Shown: positions 47,923 to 57,950, counted from the first letter of the stretch. The stretch is 64,000 bases of DNA from an uncultured Nitrososphaerota archaeon (GCA_964594835.1 CAZQNA010000003.1:96001-160000); one strand, 5' to 3'. Numbers and translations are program-made. The notes: a model not told the origin generated them from the letters alone.

Positions 47923-49149
47923 CTAATCGCTCTCTCCAAGTTCCTCAACAACCTCCCCCTGGGTGGCCGGGGGCCTCTCGGCCCCCTCCCCCGACACGGC
48001 GACGTAGATCAGGGCCCCGACAGCCACCAGGAGCGGTGCGAGGGCTGCACCCGTTATGACGTACAGGCTCGGAAGGTTGGTGAGGGGGTTGACGGCCTCG
48101 GTCGACAGGGCGTCGACCATCCAGCCCGGTAGCATGTTTAGGAGGTCAGGCCTGGCTATGAAGTAGGGCAGCTGGCTGTACATGTTCAGGAACTCCCCGG
48201 TTATCACGGCCCCGAGGGCTGAGGGCCCGAGCGTGACGATCCACCTCATGGAGTCCTCGTTGAGGGATCCCCGCCTGATCAGCGACCTCAAGGTGATCAG
48301 TATCACGGCGAACTGAGCGGCCACGAACCCCATCTTCACTAAGAAAAGCCAGGAGAAGTCCTTTGCCGGCTCCGCACCGAGGAACCTTCCGAAGATGTTG
48401 ACGAACTTGTACTGGGAGACGGAGAGCAGGCTGAGGGTGTACCAGAAGCCGAAGATCAGCATCAGGAAGAGGGATAGGGCCCCGCACGGGAGCAGGGCCC
48501 CCACGACCTCGGCGTACCTGTCCCTCAGCTCCCCCTCGCTGGCGGCGTGCCTCCAGGCGTAAGCGGAGGCGACCACGAACGCACCGGTGGCCAGGGCGCC
48601 GAACACGCTCTTCAGGTACAGCGGCATCAGGGTCGGGTTGGAGAGGGCCTCTCCCAGGACGAGGTGGAGCTTGGGCTGGAGCCTGAGCCCGAAGGGCGCG
48701 TTGAGGAACGCGAAGACGGCTCTGAACCCCAGGGGTATCAGCAAGCCAGTGGCGGCCATCGCGGCCCCTATGAGCAGGTGGACCCCCTTCGAGACCCGGT
48801 CCCAGAGGTACCAGTAGCCCGCGACGGACAGGAACCTCAGCGCGATGAGCAGCACGGCGAGGCCGAATGGCACCCAGGTCAGGTGACCCGCCAGGCCTAT
48901 GAACGCCGGGTAGAAGGCCAGGAGGGCCACGGTGAAGGCCGTCCCGAAGACCCCCGCAACCGCGTAGGTCATTGCGTAGTACCTCATGAGGCCCCTGGCC
49001 CTCTCGACCAGGAACTCGTCCTCCCTGCGCTCCCCCAGCCACTTCATGACGGGTATGAGGGTGGCCAGTCCGATGTCGAGGTTCACCAGGGCTATGTGTA
49101 GGCCGAAGGCAAGCGAGAGGATGAAGACCACGGCGACCGGCTCCGGCAT
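47923..49149 (-). CDS. CydA'-type second subunit of a cytochrome bd-family oxidase
   Basis: CydA-like N-terminus (HIALVNL, YAVAGVFGT), GEFLNMYSQLPY; no CydB pattern. Confidence 0.75.
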   Translation of the reverse strand: MPEPVAVVFILSLAFGLHIALVNLDIGLATLIPVMKWLGERREDEFLVERARGLMRYYAMTYAVAGVFGTAFTVALLAFYPAFIGLAGHLTWVPFGLAVLLIALRFLSVAGYWYLWDRVSKGVHLLIGAAMAATGLLIPLGFRAVFAFLNAPFGLRLQPKLHLVLGEALSNPTLMPLYLKSVFGALATGAFVVASAYAWRHAASEGELRDRYAEVVGALLPCGALSLFLMLIFGFWYTLSLLSVSQYKFVNIFGRFLGAEPAKDFSWLFLVKMGFVAAQFAVILITLRSLIRRGSLNEDSMRWIVTLGPSALGAVITGEFLNMYSQLPYFIARPDLLNMLPGWMVDALSTEAVNPLTNLPSLYVITGAALAPLLVAVGALIYVAVSGEGAERPPATQGEVVEELGESD

Positions 49150-49157
49150 GGCTCAAC

Positions 49158-50786
49158 TCACCTCCTCCCCTCCTCCGCGGTCGCGGCCGCCCTCCTCCAC
49201 AGGTAGAGGTAGACCATCGAGAGCAGGAGGGCCAGCAGCGCGACCAGGTAAAGGGCGACCAGCGCCAGCTGCCAGGCGGGTGGCGGGTTCACCGTCACCT
49301 CCGTCTGGACGTCCATTATGCCGTAGATGGCCCAGGGCTTCCTCCCGATCTCCCTCACCGCCCACCCCAGGAAGCTGACGAGCTGGGCCAGGATGGGAGA
49401 CAGGGACGAGGCCCACAGGACCCACCTGGGGGGCTCGTCGGCCCTCCTCAGCTCGAGCGCCGCGGCCAGCGCTGTGAGGCCGAGCAGAACTCCGAGGCCG
49501 ACCTTCCCGTAGTAGAGATAGTGTACAACCAGCGGCGGCCTGAAGTCGGGGTGTATCAGGTCGTAGGAGGGCAGCACGGCGCTGGAGCTCCCGTAGGCGA
49601 GGAGCGGCATGAGCCTCCCGTGAACCAGGCCCTCCGCGTGGATAAGCTCCGGGAGGCTGGTTATCTGCTCGCTCGTCCCCTCCATGGCGGCGAGCTTCTC
49701 CGGGTTGAACTCAGCCACGGCGGCGCCCATGGCGTGGCCAGACCCGGTGCCCTGGATGGCCACTGCCACCAGGGCAGCAAGGGCCGCGAACCTGAAGGCC
49801 CTGAGGAAGTACTCCCTGTCCGGATCGTCCTCCGCCGTCCTTAGGAGCCTCAGCGCGTAGGCCCCCATGACCGTGAAGGCAGACACTGTGACGGCCGCCC
49901 CCACGGAGTGCACGAAAGTGGCGACGTAGGTGCCCGACTTGAACGTGATCGAGTAGACCCCGGCGTGCCTGACGGTGTTGGCGACTATCGAGTCGAGGAC
50001 ACTCTTGAGCGGGACGGAGGCGAGGGCCTGGGCCGCCTCTGGTCTGGCGACGGCCGCCAGGAGGCTGTCTCCCACCGTGTACCCCGCGAAGGCCTGAGAC
50101 ATGAGAGCCCTTACCAGCCCGGCCGGCAGGGAGACCAGGACGTAGTCGGCCCCGCTGTCGAGTATCCTCCCCCCGACCTCGGCGAGCCTCTGAGCGTCCA
50201 GGGCCTGGGCCACCTGTGTGGGGACGTAGAGGAGGACCTCCGGAGGGGCCCACGCCCCGGTGGACGGGTCGTAGTTGGCCAGGACGTTGGCGGGGGACTG
50301 CATGAAGGAGTTGACGCTCAGGATCATGGCCCCGGAGAACCAGGCGCCGGCCAGGGCAGCGACCCCCATGAGGAGGTGGACCCTGGGAGAGACCCTGCCG
50401 TCGGCGTAGAAGTAGAGGTAGATGAAGGCCACCTCCGTCATGAACGCGAAGATCTCCAGGTAGAGGGGGAAGTAGATGTACCTGCCCGCCGCCTCGGTCA
50501 GGTTGGGCCACAGCAGAATGAGGCCGAACTCCGAGGCGGTGCCGGAGGCGGCGCCGACCGCGAAGACCACGGTGAAGCCCTTCGCCAGATTCCGCGAGAG
50601 CCTCTTCCAGTACTCGTTCCCGGTCCTGAGCCAAATCGCCTCGGCAAAGACCGCCAGGAGCGGCAGCCCGAGGACGTACTGGAGTATCGCCCAGTGAACC
50701 TCTATCCCGACCAGGGACAGGAGCCGCTCGCGGCCCGCGGGATAGCCCCTCAGCCAGTCGAGAATCAGGTCGACGAGACCCGGCAT
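49158..50786 (-). CDS. cydA: Cytochrome bd-family oxidase subunit I
   Basis: H19-equivalent, FAVGAASG, E..AF..E, NSFMQSP, PEKLAAMEG, GW..REIGRKPW. Confidence 0.93.
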   Translation of the reverse strand: MPGLVDLILDWLRGYPAGRERLLSLVGIEVHWAILQYVLGLPLLAVFAEAIWLRTGNEYWKRLSRNLAKGFTVVFAVGAASGTASEFGLILLWPNLTEAAGRYIYFPLYLEIFAFMTEVAFIYLYFYADGRVSPRVHLLMGVAALAGAWFSGAMILSVNSFMQSPANVLANYDPSTGAWAPPEVLLYVPTQVAQALDAQRLAEVGGRILDSGADYVLVSLPAGLVRALMSQAFAGYTVGDSLLAAVARPEAAQALASVPLKSVLDSIVANTVRHAGVYSITFKSGTYVATFVHSVGAAVTVSAFTVMGAYALRLLRTAEDDPDREYFLRAFRFAALAALVAVAIQGTGSGHAMGAAVAEFNPEKLAAMEGTSEQITSLPELIHAEGLVHGRLMPLLAYGSSSAVLPSYDLIHPDFRPPLVVHYLYYGKVGLGVLLGLTALAAALELRRADEPPRWVLWASSLSPILAQLVSFLGWAVREIGRKPWAIYGIMDVQTEVTVNPPPAWQLALVALYLVALLALLLSMVYLYLWRRAAATAEEGRR

Positions 50787-50886
50787 CCCTCCTCTGAGGC
50801 GGTACCCCGTCGGTTTCTAATTTAAATATCGATAGTTTGGATTCAGAACTCAAGTGATGAGAAATCTCATCGAAGTCCTCGGAATG

Positions 50887-51180
50887 TCAACCGATGGATC
50901 TTGGGTTCGCGGGTCTGCCGACCCTGTAGAGGGCCAGGTACTCGTCCTCGCCTATCATCTCGACGGCCTCGACGACCACCTCCCCCCTCAGCCTGTCCCT
51001 GAGCCTCCAGGCGAGGTCGTCGAAGTAGTCGTAGAGGCCGCAAGAGGCGCAGAACGGCCCCCTCACCCTGACCACGCCGACCTCCCCCTCCACGTGAACC
51101 AGCTCCGCCACCGCCTCTGGGCTTCGCATCTCGTTGAACTCGTCGATTGACTCCTCGAAGATCCTCCTCAGGTCCCTCAT
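50887..51180 (-). CDS. Small CxxC protein (NifU-C-like)
   Basis: V.V.GPFCASCG.YDY. Confidence 0.65.
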   Translation of the reverse strand: MRDLRRIFEESIDEFNEMRSPEAVAELVHVEGEVGVVRVRGPFCASCGLYDYFDDLAWRLRDRLRGEVVVEAVEMIGEDEYLALYRVGRPANPRSIG

Positions 51181-51222
51181 CGGGCCTAGGGTGCGGCCGG
51201 GCTAAATAAGGCCCCCGCCCGC

Positions 51223-51909
51223 CTACACCTCAACGGGTACCGGCCCCGCTGGCTCGATGGACCTCCCCCTGAGCCTGAATCGGTGGGCGGCCAGCTCGAC
51301 CCCCTCCCGGGCCGCCCTCCTCAGGGCCCTCGCGAACTTCGGGTCGGTCTCCTCGTTGGGAGAGAGCCTCTCCGCGTCGGGCCTCATTATGAGGAAGAGG
51401 ACGAACGCCCTGAGTCCGGATCGGACGGCCCGGATGAGGTTGAGAACGTGCCTGGTTCCCCTCTCGGTGGGGGCGTCTGGGAAGAGGGCGAGCCCGTCGA
51501 CGACCAGCGTGCACCCCTTCACCTCCACAAGCGTGGGGGGCGAGGTCTCCAGGAGGAGGTCAACCCTGCTGTCCCCGAACCTCACCTCCCTCCTGAACCC
51601 CGCGGTCGGCGGGAGGCCCGGGACCCCTCCGGACCTTATGAGCTCGACCGCCAGGTCCGAGTGGAGGCCGGAGTTTACGACCGTCCACCACGCCCCCGAC
51701 CAGACCGCCAGGACCTCGCAGTCGGTCCTCCTCCCGGCCCCCTCTCTCTCGAGGAAGAGGGTCCTGGCGCCAGGCACGAGCAGCTCCCTGAGCCTCCCGG
51801 GATCGCGGAGGTGGCACCTCCTGATCCCACGAGACGTCTTCAGCAGCGCGGTGAACCGGTTTGGCCTCGACCTGAACAGCCCGAACCCGAGACGGCCCTC
51901 GATCCTCAA
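51223..51909 (-). CDS. sfsA: SfsA family nuclease / sugar fermentation stimulation protein
   Basis: RPNRF, H..DPGR, SRVDLL, VEVKGCTL, FPDAPT.RG.RH; TTG 51909. Confidence 0.93.
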   Translation of the reverse strand: MRIEGRLGFGLFRSRPNRFTALLKTSRGIRRCHLRDPGRLRELLVPGARTLFLEREGAGRRTDCEVLAVWSGAWWTVVNSGLHSDLAVELIRSGGVPGLPPTAGFRREVRFGDSRVDLLLETSPPTLVEVKGCTLVVDGLALFPDAPTERGTRHVLNLIRAVRSGLRAFVLFLIMRPDAERLSPNEETDPKFARALRRAAREGVELAAHRFRLRGRSIEPAGPVPVEV

Positions 51910-51970
51910 CGACTCCCATCCGGGTAGTTCAGGTTTTTCAGCTTTCCCCACCGGCAGGCTTGGTGGTAGC

Positions 51971-53155
51971 TTGAGCTGGGTCAGAGCGGAGGTCGCTCCC
52001 GGCGTAACCCTCGTCAGGATCCTGAACACGACCTTCGAGAGGTTTGAGAACTTCTGGCCCATTCCTAGGGGGACCTCCTACAACTTCTACGTGGTGAGGG
52101 GGTCTGACGGCGTCGCGCTAATAGATGGGGCCGACGAGAGGGTATCGGACGTCTTCTGGGAGGCCCTGGAGAGCGTGGTCGACCCGTCAGAGATAACCCT
52201 GGTGGTCTCCCAGCACACCGAGCCCGACCACTCCGGCACCCTCGCCGAGGTCCTGAGGAGGGCCCCGAGGGCGACGCTCGTCGGCACCAGCCAGGCAATC
52301 CAGATCGGGGCGTCCCTCTCCGGGTACCCCACGGACAGGTCGAGGCCGGTGGCCGACGGGGAGACCGTCAGCCTGGGGGACAGGACCCTGAGGTTCATCT
52401 CCGCCCCCTTCGTCCACTGGCCCGACACGATGATGACCCTGTTGGAGGAGGAGGGTATCCTGTTCACGTGCGACCTCTTCGGCTCCCACGGGGCCAGCAG
52501 GGCCGTCTACTACGACGAGGACCCCGACGGCTTCGAGCTGAGGGACTACTACTCCTCCATCCTGATGGTCTACTCGTCGATGGCGGCCAGGGCCGCCGCC
52601 AGGGCCCGGGAGCTCTCGCCCAGGGTGATTGCCCCCGGGCACGGTGCCCTCCACAGGGACGTCGACTGGATACTCGAGACCTACGAGAGGTGGACGTCCT
52701 GGAGGCCGCTCAAGAGGGCCCTGATAGTCCTGGGAAGTCAGTACGAGCGGACCCAGAGGCTGGCGGAGGCGGCTGCGGAGGGCCTTAGGGGAGAGGGGTT
52801 CGAGGTCGTCACGATGGACACGGCCGAGGCCGACTACGACGACCTGCTCTCTGAGACCCTGGAGTCGGCCGCCCTGATCATAGCGTCGAGCACGCACAAC
52901 GGCAGGCCCTTCCTGGGCGTCACCTTCTACCTGGACCTCCTCTCGGAGTACAAGCCGAAGAACAAGGTCGTTGCCCTGTTGGGGACGTACGGCTGGACCG
53001 GTGGGGCCCTCCGGGCCGTCAGGCAGGTGATCGAGGGGCTGAAGCTCCCGGTGGTGGGTGAGGTGTCCGTCAAGGGGACGCCGACCGGGGCAGACCTGGA
53101 GGCTGCCCGAGACCTCGGCAGGAGGCTTGCTGAAGAGGCCCTCAAGCTCCTGTGA
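51971..53155 (+). CDS. fprA: Flavodiiron protein (A-type flavoprotein)
   Basis: GTSYN, HTEPDH, HWPD, CDLFG, PGHG, flavodoxin domain GTYGW. Confidence 0.93.
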   Translation: MSWVRAEVAPGVTLVRILNTTFERFENFWPIPRGTSYNFYVVRGSDGVALIDGADERVSDVFWEALESVVDPSEITLVVSQHTEPDHSGTLAEVLRRAPRATLVGTSQAIQIGASLSGYPTDRSRPVADGETVSLGDRTLRFISAPFVHWPDTMMTLLEEEGILFTCDLFGSHGASRAVYYDEDPDGFELRDYYSSILMVYSSMAARAAARARELSPRVIAPGHGALHRDVDWILETYERWTSWRPLKRALIVLGSQYERTQRLAEAAAEGLRGEGFEVVTMDTAEADYDDLLSETLESAALIIASSTHNGRPFLGVTFYLDLLSEYKPKNKVVALLGTYGWTGGALRAVRQVIEGLKLPVVGEVSVKGTPTGADLEAARDLGRRLAEEALKLL

Positions 53156-53462
53156 GACCCTGACCCCGGTCTCGGTTCCGGCGAATCGACCGGCCTCGCT
53201 CCCAGATCGACTCGCCCCTCACCCTGACCTCCACGATCCTGTGCAGGGGGATGACGGTCCCGTCCGGGAGCACCATCCTGTCTGACCTCACCTCCAGAAG
53301 CTCGCTCCCCCTGACGGAGTCCAGGCCGGTCTCTGTGCCCCTCGAGATGTAGAGGATCTCGTAGTCCTCGGGCCTCTCCCCAGGCTTCCACAGCATGGCG
53401 CTGAGTATCTCCCTTATCTCGGCCTTTCCCTTCCCGGTCCTGGCCCGCCTGCGTCGAGTCAA
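53142..53462 (-). CDS. DUF504/MJ1316 RNA-repair-associated domain protein
   Basis: IREIL...W, I.Y..R, IPLHRI. Confidence 0.8.
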   Translation of the reverse strand: MTRRRRARTGKGKAEIREILSAMLWKPGERPEDYEILYISRGTETGLDSVRGSELLEVRSDRMVLPDGTVIPLHRIVEVRVRGESIWERGRSIRRNRDRGQGLTGA

Positions 53463-53492
53463 GTTGGGCCCGATCCCCCTAACTCCCCCACC

Positions 53493-53912
53493 TCAGAACA
53501 TGGAGACGATGATCGCCCCAGCCACTATCAGGAGGCTCCCGACCAGCTTCGGCAGCGTCAGCCTCTCTCCGAGCACGAGGGCCGCGAGCACGACCCCGAA
53601 GATTACGCTGGTCCTGTCGATGGGGATCACCCTCGACGCCTCGCCCACGCTGAGGGCCTTGAAGTAGGCCATCCACGAGGCCGCGCCGAAGAGTCCGGCT
53701 AGGGCTATGTATCCCAGGGCCCTCGCGTCCACCTTGCTGAGGTCCGTCCTCCCTATGGCCACGGCGAAGAGCGCCGACAGGATCGCCATGATCACGGCCC
53801 TGATGGCCGTGGCCGTTATGGGGTCCACCTCCTCGACCCCTATCTTGCCCACCACCCCGACGAGACCCGCGAACAGCGCGGAGAGGAGCGCGTAGAAGAG
53901 CCACGTGGCCAT
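53493..53912 (-). CDS. EamA/DMT small transporter
   Basis: YALLSALFAG...KIG, YFKAL..G.AS.V.PID..S, LGE. Confidence 0.9.
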   Translation of the reverse strand: MATWLFYALLSALFAGLVGVVGKIGVEEVDPITATAIRAVIMAILSALFAVAIGRTDLSKVDARALGYIALAGLFGAASWMAYFKALSVGEASRVIPIDRTSVIFGVVLAALVLGERLTLPKLVGSLLIVAGAIIVSMF

Positions 53913-53987
53913 CTAACCACCTCGCGACCCCTCCTGGGCTGGAGGACAAAAAGTCATGCGGCGGGGTCGGGGGCGAGTATCCTGCAC

Positions 53988-56684
53988 TCAGACGTCCAGC
54001 CTCCTCTGGGCCCCGGCCATCCTGCGCCAGGCCTCGCTGGGCCTCGCAGAGGCCTTGGCGGGGAATGCCTCCACCTCGACCCTCACCACGACTGGGAACG
54101 GGATGGGGCTGGCCATCCCCCATATGACCGCCTCGTGGTCTCTGAGCGAGGGAAGGAACCTCACGACGGCCTCCCCGGCCTCGGTGTACTTCGCGATGGC
54201 CTCCTGGTCGTTGCCGCTCTGCAGCCTGAACGCCGCCACGGTGTTGCACTGGCTGATGACGCCCTTCGAAACGTAGCTGGGCCTCTGGGTCACGACTATG
54301 AAGCCCAGGTTGTACCCGCCGGCCTGGCTCACGGCCTCGGTCAGGGCGGACGCGATCCCCGAGCCGTATGGGTCTCCGACCACCGGGGAGCCCCTCTCCG
54401 GCGCCAGGTACTGGGCCTCCTCGACCACCACTATGGCGGCGAAGTCGCCGGCCCTCCTCCTGCTGACGGCGTGGGAGACGAGCCTGCGTATGATCCTGCG
54501 GAGGGCGACGAACTGATCGTCGTAGTGGTTGTCCAGGCTCAAGTCCACGACGACGGCCGGGAAGTCCCCCAGGACCCTGACCACGTCGACGCCCTCCCCC
54601 CTCGACCTCTCTATGTCTCCCGCCGCCCTCCTGAGCCTGGCCTCGAGTCGGCGGAGCAGGGCCGTCCTGTCCCTGAGGGCCATCCTGGCGGCCAGGGTTC
54701 TGGCCCTGGAGATTATCCCGTCGACGGTCATGTCCCCGGCCTCGGCGGCCTCCTCGGCCGCCATGACGGTCAGCTCCCAGGCCCTCGTGCCGCGGTCGAT
54801 CCCGGCCCTCCTCGCCACGTCCTCAGGTCTCAGGGCCCCGGACGTCGGGAGGAACGCCCTGTACTCCATCACCACGCCGCCCAGGTCGGCCAGTCCCTCG
54901 TACTCCCCCCTCCTGTCCAGCACGAGGAACCTGGGGCCGGGGGCGGCCTCCATCCCCCTCCTGATCAGGTTCAGGGTGAAGCTGCTGTTGTGCACGAACG
55001 CCCCGTTGGCCAGGAAGTTCTCGTGCCTGTCGACGCTAAGGTCGTAGACCAGGTCCCCCTCGGCGTCCACCTCGATGACCGCCACGATCCTCTCGAACGT
55101 GACCTTCGCGTTGAGCACCCTGCTCACGAGCCTCAGGAGCCTCTCCAGGAGGGCCCTCTCACCTGGGTCCCTCGCCCTCTCCGCCGCCTCGACCAGCCTC
55201 TCCCTAGCCCTGATCAGCCTCTCCTTGTCTACGAGGTCCTCAGAGCCGATCATCCTCTTCGCCAGGAGCCTGAGCCTGCGCGGACCGTCCAGGGGAACCC
55301 TGAGGGTCGCGAGGCCCGCCCCGCTGAACCTCCCCGCGACCTCCTCCCTGAGGACCTTGAGGTCCCTCGAGTCCAGGACGAGGTAGTCATCCCCGAACTC
55401 GACGGTCCTGACCCCGGCCACCGCGGCAAGCGTGGAGGCGGCGGTCAGCTCCTGCCTGGACCTTGAGAGGAGGAAGAACTCCCCGTTGCCGTTGCAGCCC
55501 GTCCCCATGCAGCCAAGGGCTGAGGCGAGGGCGGCCCTGACGGTCCTCCCGTCGTACCTCAGCGCGAACGCCGGCCCCTCCCTCGCCGCCAGGTCGAGGA
55601 CTCCGTCTGCCTCTATCAGGAGGCTGGAGGGATCCCGGAGGTCCGTCCAGCCTACGCCCAGGGACATGAGGCTCAGCCTGAAGTCGTCGGGCGCGCCTAT
55701 CACGTAGATCTCCGACCTGTCCCTCCTGTGGCCCTGCGCGGCCACCACGCCGGCGACGGACGCGAGTTCTGGGTCCAGGGATCCCCTGCCCAGCTCCCCC
55801 CCTCCCCAGGGGACGACCAGGAAGTCCCTGCCGACCCTGACCGACTCCGGCCTGGCCGTCGCGACCCTCCCTCCCCTGAAAACGAGGAGGGAGTGATCTC
55901 CTGTGACCCTCAGCCTCCTTCCCGTCTCGGTGACGATCTCGTACATCCTCTGCGGTGAGGGGTGGGCCAGGATCGCCTTCACCGGGGCCCACTCCGGCTG
56001 GAGGGTCCTCCTGTTCAGGGCGAGGGTGAAGTACCTGACGCCCCCTACCTGCCCCCTCACCACCGCGAAGAAGTCCCCTATCGGGCCCAGCCACATCATG
56101 TCCTCGGCGACGTCGTATATGGCGATCACGGTGTCTCCGGAGACGCTCTTGCCCGACCTCGTCATTCCGGCCACGAACATGTGACCCCTGGCCACGGCGT
56201 CGAGGTCCAGGTGCAGGGGGGCCCCGAGGCCCCTCATCCCACCCACCCTGACCGGCGTCCCCCCGGTGGCGGTGTCGCCCACGAAGTGCGCCAGCTCCTC
56301 GGCCGTGGGCTCAACCACGGGGGTCATGGTGGAGGGTGGAGCCTCGAGCGGAGATATCTCGCCCGACAGCGGGTCTCTGTACCCCAGGACCTCAGACTCT
56401 GCGAGCAGGTACTCCAGCTCGCTCGGGTAATCAGGCACGAGGCCCGACGAAGACGCGAGGACCGCGGCCCTCCCGGACTCCATCTCCTCGTTGATCGCCG
56501 TGATCTCGTAGACCCTGACGAAGACCGTGGGCCCGTCAGGTCCGAAGAAGGGGTGCCTGAACCCGTAGTACCTACCGACGGCTACTCTCCTGTCTCTTCT
56601 TACCACGAAAGCCACTCTGGTGGGCGTGGATCCTGACATCACGTAGCCCACGATCCTCGCGTCCTCCAATCGAGCGCACCTCAC
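53988..56684 (-). CDS. herA: HerA-family DNA translocase with intein
   Basis: HAS-barrel-like N-terminus, H.FVAGMTRSGK/S, LDRRGEY, VVEEAQ.LAP, TQRPS...SQCNT. Confidence 0.9.
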   Translation of the reverse strand: MRCARLEDARIVGYVMSGSTPTRVAFVVRRDRRVAVGRYYGFRHPFFGPDGPTVFVRVYEITAINEEMESGRAAVLASSSGLVPDYPSELEYLLAESEVLGYRDPLSGEISPLEAPPSTMTPVVEPTAEELAHFVGDTATGGTPVRVGGMRGLGAPLHLDLDAVARGHMFVAGMTRSGKSVSGDTVIAIYDVAEDMMWLGPIGDFFAVVRGQVGGVRYFTLALNRRTLQPEWAPVKAILAHPSPQRMYEIVTETGRRLRVTGDHSLLVFRGGRVATARPESVRVGRDFLVVPWGGGELGRGSLDPELASVAGVVAAQGHRRDRSEIYVIGAPDDFRLSLMSLGVGWTDLRDPSSLLIEADGVLDLAAREGPAFALRYDGRTVRAALASALGCMGTGCNGNGEFFLLSRSRQELTAASTLAAVAGVRTVEFGDDYLVLDSRDLKVLREEVAGRFSGAGLATLRVPLDGPRRLRLLAKRMIGSEDLVDKERLIRARERLVEAAERARDPGERALLERLLRLVSRVLNAKVTFERIVAVIEVDAEGDLVYDLSVDRHENFLANGAFVHNSSFTLNLIRRGMEAAPGPRFLVLDRRGEYEGLADLGGVVMEYRAFLPTSGALRPEDVARRAGIDRGTRAWELTVMAAEEAAEAGDMTVDGIISRARTLAARMALRDRTALLRRLEARLRRAAGDIERSRGEGVDVVRVLGDFPAVVVDLSLDNHYDDQFVALRRIIRRLVSHAVSRRRAGDFAAIVVVEEAQYLAPERGSPVVGDPYGSGIASALTEAVSQAGGYNLGFIVVTQRPSYVSKGVISQCNTVAAFRLQSGNDQEAIAKYTEAGEAVVRFLPSLRDHEAVIWGMASPIPFPVVVRVEVEAFPAKASARPSEAWRRMAGAQRRLDV
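54987..56147 (-). mobile_element. Intein (387 aa) in HerA Walker A with degenerate LAGLIDADG region
   Basis: Block A SVSGDT, block B VTGDHSL, blocks F/G VYDLSV..HENFLANG..VHN/S; splicing restores GMTRSGKS. Confidence 0.92.
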
Positions 56685-57841
56685 GACTCACCGTGCTGAA
56701 GGGCCAGCAGGGTGAGTATGTCGACCCTCTCGGTCCCCAGCCTCGAGGCCAGGGTCGAGAACATCCGGCGGTGGAGCAGGGCGGCCTCACGGTTGGTCAC
56801 CCGCGTGAGGCGGTCCACCGCCACTATGGGGACGGGGAGGCCAGCCGGGGGAACCCTGAGAGAGTACAGCCTGCTGACCACCTCGTGCACCCTGTCGAGG
56901 GCGAACTCCGGGACGTCCAGTCTGTAGGACTGGCCCCCTGTCCCCGACCTCACGATCACGGAGTGGGGCCTCAGGCCCGAGGGGTCGACGTCGGCCTCCC
57001 TGAGGTGCCCGAGCAGGTCGGCCCACGCGGACTCCATTGGGAGCGGGGAGGTGTACTCTCCGGGGGACAGGCAGAGCGCCGCCAGGGCGGAGTCGCCCGT
57101 GGAATCGAGGCCTATCATTCTGGCGACGTGGGTGGACCTCACCCGCTTCACCACGCCCACGACCGGGACCCCCCTCTCCCTCGCCTCCTCGAGCAGGAGG
57201 GAGAGCGACCTCCAGGCGGACCAGTAAGCCCTCAGGTAGGTCCTGCCGTAGTGCCTACCCCTAGGGCCGTAGGCGCTCCTCCTGAGAACGAGCGGACCGT
57301 CGATCAGGATGCCGTCGCTGGACTCCTCCACGATCCTCCTAGCCAGCTCGAACTGCAGGTAGTATCCCACGAGCGTGGAGAGCTTCTTGGCCTCCTCCTC
57401 GTCCCCGTAGAGCCTCGGGAGCTTTGCCGTCGCGGACCTCGGTCCTGAGATCATGGTGGAGCCCCTGAAGGTCGCCCCGACAGCCGTCACGATCGGGTAG
57501 ACCCCGACGAGGAGGTCTCTGCCGTTGGCGCCAGCATCAACGGCCCCGAAGGTCGAGGAGGAGGGATCCACCGGCTCAACCCTCTGGATGCCCACCGAGG
57601 AGCGGAGGGCCGCCCTCAGGCGGCGTATCTTCTCGGCGAGCCTCATGGTCTCGTCGGCGTGCTCGACTGCCTGCTCGGCCAGCTCGGCCCTCAGCCTATC
57701 GTAAGGCACCAGCTTGTACTCCAGCGGAGCCTCGCCCAGGTAGGGCTCCAGCGGGCCGCGCCGGTCGACCCCGCGCCTGACGGCCTTGGCCAACTCGCAT
57801 CCCCGAGATCGCGTAAGTTTGACGATACTTTCCTCCTCCAT
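56681..57841 (-). CDS. nurA: NurA-family nuclease
   Basis: GAVDAG, LIDGPL, VGVVKR..S; GTGA overlap with herA. Confidence 0.85.
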   Translation of the reverse strand: MEEESIVKLTRSRGCELAKAVRRGVDRRGPLEPYLGEAPLEYKLVPYDRLRAELAEQAVEHADETMRLAEKIRRLRAALRSSVGIQRVEPVDPSSSTFGAVDAGANGRDLLVGVYPIVTAVGATFRGSTMISGPRSATAKLPRLYGDEEEAKKLSTLVGYYLQFELARRIVEESSDGILIDGPLVLRRSAYGPRGRHYGRTYLRAYWSAWRSLSLLLEEARERGVPVVGVVKRVRSTHVARMIGLDSTGDSALAALCLSPGEYTSPLPMESAWADLLGHLREADVDPSGLRPHSVIVRSGTGGQSYRLDVPEFALDRVHEVVSRLYSLRVPPAGLPVPIVAVDRLTRVTNREAALLHRRMFSTLASRLGTERVDILTLLALQHGES

Positions 57842-57950
57842 GTAGATAAATTATGATACTCAGCCTTCATGTGTAAATCCAAAACTTAACTTCAAAATGC
57901 GCGCGTGCCGCTTGAGGATCGCTTTGACGTTAGAAGACTTTTTTAGTTAT

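Noticed and set aside
51257-51970. Apparent 632-aa FprA with a long N-terminal extension
   Set aside because: The extension is the antisense of sfsA; the real start is probably TTG 51971 after GGTGG
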